Shown here piece after piece: positions 39,401 to 55,031 of a DNA stretch of 64,000 nucleotides. The notes under the pieces were generated by a model. It ran no database searches. It was given only the letters and a program-made list of their open reading frames with translations, and was not told where the DNA came from. How positions within the stretch are numbered: the stretch's first letter is position 1; each line of letters opens with the position of its first letter. Source of the stretch: Penicillus capitatus (taxonomy: Eukaryota > Plantae > Chlorophyta); the NCBI GenBank assembly GCA_965649825.1, contig OZ287695.1, positions 1,539,288 to 1,603,287 on the forward strand. Direction: 5' to 3'. The translations under genes were made by a program, and so were the position numbers.

Positions 39401-39711
39401 GGAACAGCATCTCTGTAATGGCGCTCAGATGACGCTGTGGACTTCACCCGTCGTCTGTCGGGTCCATCCACGCCATCCGATGCAAACGTCACATCACACC
39501 TCCCCTTTTCATTTCAAGCACTCTGCGGTTTGCGTTTTGTAAACGCCGCTGCCGTATTCGCGGATATTTGTCGACCATTCGTACCGCTGACGGATTCCCA
39601 TTACCTTTTTCGGCGATAAACCTTATCGAACGGCTACACGTCGCCGCTCTCCCTTTCCCACAAACATCGATCGCGAACGGTCGTTTATCGCATTGAACGT
39701 AAACAAGGACG

Positions 39712-41017
39712 ATGGACGATATTTGGTCGGATTTCTATCATCGAGCTGGCGTCGTGATCCAAGGCTACGGCGCCATCGTTGTCTACTATGTAAAAGCACA
39801 CAACAGTACGACATGGAAGGAACTCGTCGGTGAAGATCATCGATGGACGGAGATCCAAGTGCTGCAACAAATCATGCAGCAGAAACAGAGCTTAGAGGCA
39901 GTTGGTGCCGATCCAGAGCTTCATGAATACGCCATGCAACTGCGACGCTTCTTCGTCAATGAGCCGGTCTCGACGGAGGAACGCATGAGATTCCATGCCG
40001 TGGCGACAACACTCGTGGATATGTTGCCCTTTGAAGATGTCTTTCCTCTGGATCTGAGCAAGAAACCTGACGATAGACTTCGTCAAATGCGCAATCTCTG
40101 TGGCATTTTTTACAATCTCGCAAGCAGTCTAGATCTACCATTGCTCTGGTTTCGATACTATGCCAGAGAATACAAGAACACGGCGAAACAGTGTCAGCCA
40201 TCGAAGAAAAGAGGACAGCCCGAGTGTTCAGGAACTGAAAGCAATATTTTGCATCAGCACCGCCATCATCACAGCAACGACAATGAGAACGTATCAGGTA
40301 GTTCAACCCCTTTCTGTGGTGCATGCATGATTCATAGATCGATTCATGTGCATAATTTCTGATGAGACTTGTTGTGCTCGCGTAGATGACTTGTACACAC
40401 GCCACAAATTGCGCAGGAAGCTGACGAAGGTACAAACAGGCAACAAGGAGAAGGATGATGGAGATAGAAGATTAGCACGGCGAACAGATGAAACCCAAAC
40501 ATCTGCGTTGGATGAAGCAGATGTCGAAGAAGCGGTAGGGTCTTCCCAACATGCGTTAAACAGCGAAGAACATTCTCTCGGTAGAACTGCCTGTCATATT
40601 GCTGAAAATGAACATTAGCTATTTAAACAGCAATGCGACGGACTATAATAACGAACAAGAACACTTGAAGAATAGACAGATCACTCGCGAGAAACGCCGA
40701 ACACCATGCAACAATACGGGTACACCACATCCAGAGTTGATTCCAATTCAAACGTCGCATCTCTATTGCAACCTCCTCACAAAAGGCAGAGATCTTGCAT
40801 CTCTCTACAGGCAGACAGCTCGAGAAAGAGCAATCCATCATCATATGTGCCATATTCAAGTACGAGAGATCGAACAGAGATAGACGTTCTACTGCGCAAG
40901 ACTGCATGTTACATGAGAGACGATGACAGGCAGTCTGGTTCTGAGCGCTTTGCGAAAACATCGAAGCTCGCCCAACAAAGCTCTTTCTTGCAAATGCAGT
41001 TATTGATCGGAAGCTGA
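39712..41017 (+). CDS. Hypothetical protein (helical N-terminal domain plus disordered tail)
   Basis: 216-aa first ORF with protein-like composition. Two GT-AG introns can join ORFs 40346..40618 and 40706..41017 in frame. No family recognised. Confidence 0.5.
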
Positions 41018-41492
41018 TACTTTTAAGCGATGAGATGGAACGGTTGGTGATGTCAAGGTATCATTGGAATTAGAAAGCAGGCGAAGGAAGATAGAGAGAG
41101 TGGGAGTCTTTTGGCCATTTGGGATTATGCATTCCATTCTCATCTGGTTGGGATCGAATGAAATTGGTCCGTTATAAGAATGTGTCACACTCGCCGCCTT
41201 GCCCCAATCGAATGAACGCCCGGTCTATCACTCCCGCAAAAATTTGTTTGTTTGTTCAGCAAAGTTGGTGAGACTCGCAGAGTATATTATGCCCCCACGC
41301 AAACAACGCATTCCTTTGTCAGACAAAAGGGCACAAACATACAGATTCTATGAGAGTGCACAAGAGTTGTGCGCTTGGTCAGAAAGGCGTTTATTTGAGT
41401 AAACTCAAAAGTTCGTGAAATTATCTTTGACGGTCGTCAAAAGGACACATGACACAGGACTTTGTGTAAAAGAGAGAGAATGGTATAGATGT

Positions 41493-42249
41493 TTATGCTC
41501 GGGTTCGGCCATGGGCTCTGAGAGAGGTCAGGACAGTGGGTTGTTGGTAACGGGGAAGATTCCTTGCTTCTCTCAGCCAACCACTATCTGACACATCTGT
41601 TTCAGAACTCTCTTTCGAATGAGATCGCACGAGCGAGCTCGATGAATGGCGTCTTTCCAACACGACTCTGTCAAGGTCTGTTCTGTCAGAAGAGGAACCT
41701 CTGCGCAGCGACTCGATGAAGGGACCCATGGCCACATTCGACATCTGCAGGCGCTGCGGTTCGTCTTTTGGTGTCAACAGGTTGTTGCGATATGAGCCGG
41801 GTGGAACGCGTGGAGGTCGATTGAGTTTGTATTTCGCTCCAAGGGATTTTTCTGTCCATATTTCCCCATCAGAGAGCTAAACGAGAAGAGTGAGATTGTG
41901 TGACTTGCTGAGGATTCCGTTGGTAGCATATAACGAGGAACATCTTCAACACAGCTGGATGATGCAGCTTTTTTCCGCCGAGTTGAAGGGGCCTCTTTCT
42001 TGACGTACTCCGACTGTGCTTCCCCGAAAGAGGCCATCCTGTTTCCACAAGATGACCTCAGTCGCGTCGACATACAGGAGTTGTATATCTTCTCTCGCGT
42101 TTTCTGTGAGTCTATGACTAAGGTCCGAAACTGGAACAGAGCAGAGAACGCACGTGTGACGAACTCTCCGTCGGTTGCATGTACGAAGGACGATTCTTGG
42201 CGTGTCCATATTTACCGCCCGTGCCGCAGGTTTTCTTCTCTGCATTCAT
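41493..42249 (-). CDS. Hypothetical basic low-complexity protein with three PxY(M/Q)xPT motifs (3 exons)
   Basis: ATG 42249 MNAEKK...RPSYMQPTESS, then ~50-nt introns to VPRYMLPTESS and LPRYQQPTVLT; the frame is preserved. Confidence 0.6.
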
Positions 42250-42430
42250 CTTTGGCAGTTCTCGGACCGCTATGCCACACGCGTGTGTGTTTTCGCAGAA
42301 GTGTCTAGTAACAGAAAAGCTTCAGCAAAACCGCAAAGATGCTTGAAAACACAACGGCAGGAAAAACGCGAAGTTTTTTGGAACTTGGCAACCTCCGCAT
42401 ACGTTCGGTTGTCGGTGGATAAAAGTTTAC

Positions 42431-42692
42431 CTGAGCTCGCGGGAATGTTCGTTGGAAGCAAAACTCGTGCAGTGACTCCACTGAAGCTATCGTGCACGAG
42501 GGCCGGCGCAACACGCGCGAATCCGTGAGCAGCGAATGACAACCGTTGAGCCGTAGATCAGAACATGTATATTCTTAAATGTGACGATCTACGTGACGGG
42601 GTCGTGTTCACTAAAGGACATGTACTGGCCCCTTACGTGCAGAATGGAGTGGATCATACCGATGGCCTTTAGAGAAGAAGTCAAACACTATG
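42431..42692 (+). repeat. Degenerate dispersed repeat, copy 1
   Basis: Aligns by eye with 45057-45330. Shared blocks include ctgaagctatcgt, ggccggcgcaa, gcgaatccg, aatgaca-ccgtt-agccg, tgtatatt, taaatgt, gtcgtgt, acatg-actggc, cttt-gaga, aacac. Confidence 0.8.
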
Positions 42693-43507
42693 TACGTGGG
42701 TGCTCCATCGCCCAATGTCTCACGAAGACTCCTAATCGCCTACAAAGCAAGCTGCTCAACTGCTCTGGCGTGTGACGACATTTTTCAAGAATTTGAGACG
42801 ATGATACTCTGGATTGATGATTCGGGTTCGGTGTCGTTTTTGTTGTTTTGATTACGAGTCCATTCTTTCTGGATCCGTTTGACAGGGTGTACTAATGGAT
42901 GATGCTCTTCAAAGGAAGGTTCAAAGGAAGGCAAACTTCTGTACAGGGGACGATTGATTCTTCGCTCGTATTGGGTGTTTCAGACGTAGATCGACTTCCC
43001 TGTTCTGGGAATGATGCACTGTTAAGCGCATTCTGAAAACGATATCCCATTTTGCTATGTTACACTAAATGATGGTGTGCTTGGTTAAAAACTTTGGAAG
43101 ATCTGAATGCAGAACGACGGCATCGATGGCCTCTAGGAAAACGGTGTCAGCTCGGTCACTCTGTGCGTAAACGTCCGTCACATCATGACCCTTGATTCAG
43201 TAGAGCTAACTTCTGCATCTGGACAGACTACTCTACAAAGAAACAGAAATATCCGAGGACGCGGCATACGGAGAGGCAATTACCGTTGAAGATAATTCGA
43301 TCTGGAACAGACTGCCGAAGGCAGTCACGGAACACGTGTCCCCTATCCTTTTTTCCTTCACCATGCGCTCACGAGCTTTCCTCGCCAAAGCTGTGAACGG
43401 CACCGGCAGACAGACAGCCGAGGTGTGAGATCAAATCCAACAGATAGAAGGCAAGGATCACATCGATCAACTTCCGTTCCAAATCTAATAAGGGTGCTGG
43501 TTGCATC

Positions 43508-43974
43508 ATGTACTTCAAGAGCTTTTCTGCCATCCCATCACGCAGCGCCTTTCTTCGTGGACATCGCGCTCTGCGTCTCGCGCCTCGGCCGATCAGCCGC
43601 GGCCGAACGCGCAAGCCTCCTCAGTCGATGTTCGGCTTCGGCAAGAAATCTCTGAGAACAGACTCCGAAGGTGCGGGTAATGGTTGACAGTCAAAAGCGC
43701 GATGACTATGGATACTGATGACGTCGAACAGTACTTCAACGACATGGGTATCCTTGCTGAAGACGGGACATACGATCGCATGCAAGCCTATCTGAATTCT
43801 GGATTGCACCTCGTCGACATCCTTCTGTTCTGGACATCCTCAGAAGGCGACGATCCCAAAGTCCAAGAGCTCCTCGATGCTGAAGCATCTGTCGAGACAA
43901 AAGATATGAAGGGCAATACGCCATTCGATCTGGCAGACAACGATTGCGTGCGAGAACGTATATCCAGTACATGA
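43508..43974 (+). pseudogene. LTD: LTD/GDC1 (LHCP translocation defect) ankyrin protein, frameshifted
   Basis: Transit-peptide-like MYFKSF...MFGFGKK...EGAG is in frame 1 (TGA at 43685-43687). SQKRDDY is in the next frame, and DTDDVEQYFNDMGILAEDGTYDRM...VDILL...SEGDDPKVQELL is in the third, which means two +1 insertions. Confidence 0.8.
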
Positions 43975-44128
43975 GCAGATACCGATTCCGAAATGTCGTA
44001 CGATCGATCCATCGATCGATGTAAGATTCCGACACGTTCGCACATTCGCTTCCGCTCTTTTGCGCGTCCGTTCTCGCAGCGTATTGCGTTTTGTCCTCTT
44101 CCGTTCTGCACTCGGAGAGATGTCGATG

Positions 44129-44972
44129 TTAGGAAAATTGCTTGTGGGTAGGCATCGACGTTCCATGAACTGATAGTCGTCGAACGGCTGTGTTCCGTAG
44201 CGGACGAAGCCGGACCTGCGGCGCGAAAACTTTACGAAAACAGTGGCAAACTGATGGCAGGTCTTTTGCGCTGCTCTCCCTAAAGTGCGACCAAGACGCG
44301 TGTGTTTTAGTACTGGTCCCTGCGGCGTACTTTACCGACCGCGTCTGCTTCTCCTGCATCTCTCGATTTGCCCAACCGACGGTTGCTTCTAGGGTGGGTC
44401 GATGCAGAAGGTGGTGGATCTCGCACTTGCCCCCGTCGTGGTGTACCATTCTCATGTCTCCATGAACTGCATCATCTCAGACTACGTGCCACCCGCTGTT
44501 CGAAGTCTGGCTCCACATCAAAGGAATACGCAGACGATGATACCCTTATATCTGTAGTGTTGTCAAGATGGGGCGTCTTCGGAGCAAGTGGCCTCTGTCT
44601 ACTGGGTCTGACAAAGCTCGCCGTTAGCGGTCCGGGTCTCACAGGAGTCATCAAGAAACTATGGGAATGAAATCTTGTGGACGACCGCCTCTGTCGTCTG
44701 TAATGTGCTGCTGACTTGAAAAGACGTTTAGATCCGCACTTCCACGTCTCCCTTCTTTGGTTCACGCAACCATGCATTTCGGAAACAAATCCAAAAGCCC
44801 TCCCTTTCTGCTGCGATTTACTTTCACTTGTCCGAAGATCTATGAGATTGGTAGACATGCATAACGACAAATCGAGTAGAAGGAGAAGGTCATGCAGAAC
44901 AACAGACGTGCGTGAAAATGCATGAGGTGGAGGAACATGATCTTTCTCGGAAGTTGGCACGTGCTGCATCAC
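44129..44972 (-). CDS. Possible hypothetical protein (low complexity)
   Basis: 166-aa ORF 44472..44972 plus ORF 44129..44455. No family recognised and the splicing is not resolved. Confidence 0.3.
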
Positions 44973-45056
44973 CCACCTTCGGTTGACAGATAACCCAGAT
45001 CCGTCACCTTACGTCATGCGACGCTTCAACGTCCACTTTTACGTGGGTCAACGAGG

Positions 45057-45330
45057 ATCTGAACTTACGGGATATGTGCCGAGACTCCGCGCTGAAGCTA
45101 TCGTACAGTGAGGCCGGCGCAATCCTCGCGAATCCGCGAGAAACAAATGACAGCCGTTTAGCCGCAAACTGGGGAGTGTATATTTTTTAAATGTCATGCC
45201 CTATGCGACGAGTCGTGTCCTCTGGAATACATGAACTGGCTTCCTGTGTGTATTATTAAGTTTATAGTCTAGAGTGCACAAGCCGAGATCATGATCTGTC
45301 TTTGGAGACAGGGTTGAACACAAGGTTTGT
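45057..45330 (+). repeat. Degenerate dispersed repeat, copy 2
   Basis: Same orientation as 42431-42692, about 2.6 kb away; contains the perfect hairpin CTCGCG-AATC-CGCGAG. Confidence 0.8.
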
Positions 45331-47113
45331 TTGTTGGTCAGTCGGTTAAATCAATGGAGAAATGAGAAAGCCAATAAACGCCACACCTCTGTCCCATGGG
45401 CCCGAATGTCTTTGGCTCGATCCGATCCAGATGGAATTGACTTTATCTTCTTCTTCTTCTTTTCGACTTGGTATAAATTAACATGTAACAGCAAACAAGG
45501 AAGCTCCACAAACAGGCATAAAGAATGTGACCTGACTATAGTGTGTGATCTGGCACGATCCAGGAGAGTTTCACAAAATTGAGACGGCATGCAAAACAGA
45601 TGGTGAAGCAGATCTGTAGGGATACTGGAAAGCAATGAGTGAAACGCTACCGTTCCCTACTTGACAAATATTCAAGGCTACCCGGTAACTACTACGTCTA
45701 CAAATCCTTCCTCGAACTCTCACATCATCATCATCATCAGAAATCCCCGTTCCTCGATCTGCTCCTCTGTCTGCAGAGACAAAGTTGAGCTTATCTGAAA
45801 ACTCTCCATGGATAATAAACCCTCTCCACTGTAGGCGGATAGATAACCCTTGTGCCAACGATGTTGAATCGAAACAGCGTTCCGAACTGGTCGGTCTTGA
45901 TCGCTAGAGGCATCGATCCATTCGGTACAGGAATTCTTGAGAAAGGAGTTCTTCTCTTGTTGTTGTCACTCGAACGATCGGTTTCCACCATTCACTTGTA
46001 TGACTGTCTCTTCTTCATCTTCTCTTCTTTTGCTTCTGCTCCCATTGCTCTCTTCAACCAGCATTCCTCAATTATCTGTATTCTGTACAAATTCCTGACG
46101 CAGTGCATACGTACGACGACACTGACTGTCTGCCTGTCTAACCAGGAACGACAAAAGGACATTGAAAGGATGACTGGTAAGAAATTGTGTGATTGCTGCA
46201 AACTTCAATGCATAAGACGAGGCATGCAACGTGAATGTGAGGAGTAGTAGTAGGAAGAAAGACATCATCCAGCAGCAGTACTATTATTCGGCACAACATT
46301 GACTTTGGCAGCAGGCACAATAGTCCATGCCCTCATCACTGTCAGACAAACAATGATCTCTTGATACGTCATACAATGCGTTCTTTGAGATTGAGTGCGT
46401 GAGGTCTTTCTTAGAACAAGTGTTGCCGCATCGTTCAACGGACTAAATGGATTGGTCAATGCTGGACAACACAGATTGAAACATCGATACAGGTTTCTCT
46501 TTGAGACCCCCAACCCGATAGATGCGTAAAAGCTGCATAAGCACGTCTTTCTGAGGAGGGCAGCGTCAGAAACTAATGACAACGAACAACGACAAAACTC
46601 CATCATGGACGTGACAAACACAAAATAACTTGCAGAAGAGAATGGAAAACACAGAGAAAGATAAATGGATGGATAGATATATAGATGGATGGATAGATAT
46701 AACAGACAGCATGACAACAGATCATTAAATGGAATTTAATGCCATCAACATTCTTCGAGATGCTAGCAGACGGACTGTACGCATCTGTTCTTCAGCCAGC
46801 GATCGTAGTACAAGCGATTCGCATTCATCAAAGGCCTTCCACAGCAACCGAATGACAAAAAATCCTCTTTCTCTCCTCGCGTTATGGAGTGAATAGACAA
46901 ACAAACAGATACTAATGAAGACTCGCTCGCACACACATACACATCAACCCACCAAAAGAATCCAAGGCAATTACTACTGACGCACGTGTATCGTCAATTC
47001 ATCTAGCAGAAGGATAAAATCCTTAGAAAGGCAATTAAAGAGATATGTCATTAAACGATGCGCACGAGGTGCAACAGCATGGATTCAAATTTCTTTCAAC
47101 AACAGCTGAAATA

Positions 47114-50696
<3,583 letters not shown>

Positions 50697-51431
50697 GAGA
50701 GGCGAACGAACGCACGCGCACTCAAATAGGTAAGTGGCGAACCCACGCGGAAAAGTGAATAATTAACCTGCAATACGCCTCTGCCAATTGGCAAATCAAA
50801 GCAAACGAAAAAATACGTGGACGTGGATGTTTACTAAGCCCTTGTACACCCAACGCGTCCAAAGGGCTTGTCGTTGAAAACAAAGATAGGACGGTGGGCA
50901 AAAAATCGTGTCCCATTTATCAGACGCGACCATGTCTTTCTTTTAAGGGCGATTTGTCGACGTGGAAACGCGCAAGACCCCTTTGGAAATGCGTTTCGCG
51001 CTGCATAGGACGGTGCGAAGTGACAGAAGACGTGTCCTACCTTAAAGCGTGAAACGGTCGCGACGTTCGTTGTGGCCAGAGCTCAAGCCCCACATACGCT
51101 GAACACTACTGTACAATGCACGCGTTCGCACCAACGATGATTTCGGCGCAATGGCGCAGTTCGCAACCAACACGAAGAGCTCGATGAAAAATTTGAAATC
51201 CATTTGAAAATGACACAGCACGACAAACACATCCGAGAATTCACGCAATCTGCACGACGCGACGCTGAGGCGACGACGTTCAGCCGCACAAACTCAAAAC
51301 GACGACGACGACCTCTATCCTTCTTCCCTCCTTCCTGACGAAAAGCAAACAGTACCCACGACGGCATTCATGGTTCGATAAATACATTATGGCCAATCAA
51401 ACACACCCCACCTCTACCCCCACGATTCCCA

Positions 51432-54400
51432 TCACTTTCCAAACGGCCTTGGTGGATTGCGAGAATAATGTGTCATCGGCGGCATTGGACGATCTGGGAT
51501 GGAACGATTGTCGTTGGTTCCAAAGTTCATGTCTCCTGGGTTAACGTCTCCGTTCGCCAATCCCTGGACTGGATCCATCATCTGCATGGCTGCCTCTCCG
51601 GCGGCGTGCAAACGAGGGTCTACGTTGTTCACACCAGGCATCCCGCCGCGGAGCTCCATCTGAGATGCAGCAGCAGAGTTCATGAGATCAGGGCCCATGC
51701 CGTGCATTCGATAAGGCATGCCATTGAACATTGGATTTGCGCCTTGTTGCATCTCAACGTTCATAGAAGGCGATTCCACTTGACCCGTAAAATCGTAACC
51801 GGCAGGGAACTTTGGACGTGGTGCACGGGGACGCATGCCGTGCGCAGAGGATTCTACAAGGTCCCGTGGATTTGGCACGCCTGTTCTCGTATCGAACTGC
51901 GGGGTATGCTCGAGACCGGGAGCCATAGGGAAGCTACTGTGCGTCAAGCCCATAGATGGGTGGCCAGATGGATGCGGCTCTCCGCTGCTAGATACAGCTT
52001 GCGGTATTCGAGGTGGTGCCCCTGACAGGGAAGCACGCTTCCACATGTCACTGAGTACAGACATTGTGCTGTCACCTGGTAACATGACAGGCGGTGCTGT
52101 AGGGGGCTGTGCCATTCTTTGTGGCAGAGGAGAATGGCCACCCACCATCTGTGGACTCATGGCATTCGATAGCCGTCCATTATCTTGAATGGCCTTCATA
52201 ATAGCTTGGCGCAAAGCGGGCGTACAATTGGGACTCTGTAAGAACTTTCTGAGCATTGCTGGGTTGTTCTGGCAGCGTCTAAAAATCTGTAGCCACAGGT
52301 CTCTCCATTAATTCCTCCGCGAAGAAAGAGAGAGATCAAAATCACAGACCTGTTCAACTTGTTGCTGCAAGTTGTGTTGTGGATGACCATAGGCAGCAGC
52401 TGCAACCGGCATTTGATGATGTGGTGTCCGTATGCTACGTGTGGTACGTCCCTGCATCTGTCCCTCGGCTGAGTGTCTCGGAATACTTGTCAGCTGCGGT
52501 ACGACACTCCTGAATCCTCCACCAGGTCGAATGGGAGCCATAAGCACCGATTGATCCATCACTGGTTGGCCGTGTGCCTTGGCGGCGCCGACGATATTCG
52601 GCAACTGATTGATGCCTTTCAGGACATCTGCCTGAGGTGGAATCCAAGGCGGCGTTTGCATATGTCCAGGCGCTGCCCCGTTCAGAGATGCTGCATTCAC
52701 CATTCCTGGAGAAATACCTGTCGGCGAAACCCATGCACTTGGCTCTGCCAAACTCGATGCCAATTGCATTGAACCCTGTTGATACTTATGCGATGGTTCC
52801 ATCGATGCCGCTCCGTTGGCCACAGGCTGCGTTGCGGATGCCTTCTGTATTCTCTGTCGAGTCGCGACATCTGCCGCATCTAGTTGTCGCTTTCTGAATT
52901 CTATGGCCAAGTGTCGTGCCACATTACGACTGTGTGCTTCGGTCCAGGATTCTCTTGGCGACGGCAATCGACCACCCATTGCTTTTATGACATCATCAGA
53001 GAGTTTCCGCTGAGATATGTGATAGTTTGGAGCACCCATGTTCCCCTCATGCATCTACATTGGATAATAGCCTTCACAGAGATAACAGACAAAAGGGATC
53101 CTTACAGCCTTTTTCATCTTGTGGCACCGTTTCTTATGTGCTGTACTGGTGTGCTGGATGAATTTTCCTGCTAGCATCTCAGGGATGCTGTTCTTGACGC
53201 TCTCTCTGACTCTGTGCTTCAAACGTCGCATCAGCGAGTCGTCTGCTGCCCCTTGACTTGAAGGGCCTTGGCCACGAGGACACATCATGTGTGTCTGTGC
53301 TTGACCAATGATATTCTCAATTGCTTTCATGCGCTCGTGGCACGCTTCTGGTGACTTGTAAATCCCTGCGGTCGCCAAGAAGTCACTCACCATGCTGTAA
53401 TTCCATTGGAATTCATTGCAAGCAAAGAACAGCATCTGATCTTCGTTTCTTGCTAGCAAATCGCTGATGGTCGGCGGAACCTGACCCGCATCCAGATCCG
53501 GCTGAGAGTTGGAGATATCGCTTCCGTGAACACCACCTCTATGATCTGGCATCTCACGGCGACGATTGTTTCTTGGCGGAGGATTGGGAGTGATGACGCC
53601 ATGTGCCTTTCCAGGACGATCCTTTAGTCTATTGCCGGTTGACGGACGCGGCGTGCGAGGAGGCAGAGCATTGCTGCCCACGTTCCCAACGATCTCCTCC
53701 GTCTCCGACACATGCTGTCCAGCTGGTGTTCTCGATTTTGGACGCCGCGCTGTATGACGCCCCGTCACAGATTTGGGCGGCGACATAAGATAGTAGTCCT
53801 TTTCTACTTCATTGGGCGCCACAACGCATGACAGCGTTGGGATTTTGATATTGAGCAGACTAAACTCTTCATTCGGCTCAAAACCGTATATCGCAGCCAA
53901 TTCCTCCACTTCGTACTTTCGCTGAAACTTCCTCAATGTCTACAGACAGGATAGATGTCACATCAACAGTGGCGGGGTATGTGTGATGGTTTTCTCACTT
54001 TTTCATACTTCAGCGTCTTCTTCCGATGACTCTTGCGTGCCATTTCTTGCAGTCCTGCTCTAAACTGCCTTCCAAATGGAACGCCAAACACTTCATCTAG
54101 TATTGAGCACACGACCTGTTGTCAGCATCTACGCACAGACGGTATCTCACACACTTTTTGTGTAACCGACAATGTCTGAAGACGAAGCCGAGGAGTGTTC
54201 ACTCGAATAGTGATTCTTCCAGTATTCCAGTGCTTCGTATGCCAAGTGTTTTGCGACAGCTTCCTTCCAGAGGCGTTCCTGCATTATCACACACACGGTG
54301 GATGCACAGAACATCACGCGCTGTGTCGATGTCTGTCTATACCTGAGCCATATCGTTCCACATCCATACGGCTTCGGACAACAGATGGTCCCAGTGTGTG

Positions 54401-54672
54401 GCGTTATGAGGAGGTTGCTTCCATGGAGTGTCATAGGCAGGGATAAGGCGACGATATTTTTCCTTTCATCACGAACCGACGTCGTCCCAAACTCCAAAGT
54501 CGTGGACAGCGAGCTGCTTTACTTTGATTACGGAAGCTCGGGCAAGGAGAATGCGTTCTTTCTCACGTCTCTGTTCTTTTCTGCCTTTCTGCGTCGCTTC
54601 GTGTCGCGTTTTCTTTTTCTCCGCCGTCGCCGAAGACGACAGTTTCCGTTTCTTGCGTACACTGGGATGCAT
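51432..54672 (-). CDS. EAF1: EAF1-like NuA4 scaffold (HSA plus SANT/Myb domains, long disordered C-terminus)
   Basis: Spliced HSA: THWDHLLSEAVWMRNDMAQ|ERLWKEAVA. SANT: NEDQMLFFACNEFQWNYSMVSDFL...IYKSPEACHERMK. Gln/Pro/Met-rich tail. Confidence 0.75.
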
Positions 54673-55031
54673 GAAGACGCGTGTCGACTACGACTCAGTA
54701 ACGTTGCTGGGCCACCGCAGCAATCGACGGCTTCGTGTACGGATCGTTCGTCGAAGGTTTTGGTTTGATGTGACAGATGCCTACCCAGCAATGCTCTCAT
54801 TGCAGTCGCTAATGTTGAATGTATCATTGTGTTTTGTTTAAGGACAACAAAACCAAATGAGTGCGGTTGCTAATCAATCCACCGCCTTCTTGTCCGCAAC
54901 CTTCACAGAATCACTCCGCCAAAAAACAAACGAGAAAGATACATTCGAATACAGAAGGCGTTTGCAAGTGTTCACAAGCACGATATGTAACCCTGCTGCT
55001 TATGCACGACGTCTATGAAAGAGCTGACGGA

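Noticed and set aside
42800-43110. Multiple TGATGA-like and CTGA boxes suggesting a C/D snoRNA cluster
   Set aside because: No terminal stems or recognisable rRNA guide complementarity. Such hexamers are frequent by chance, so it would need snoscan/Infernal.
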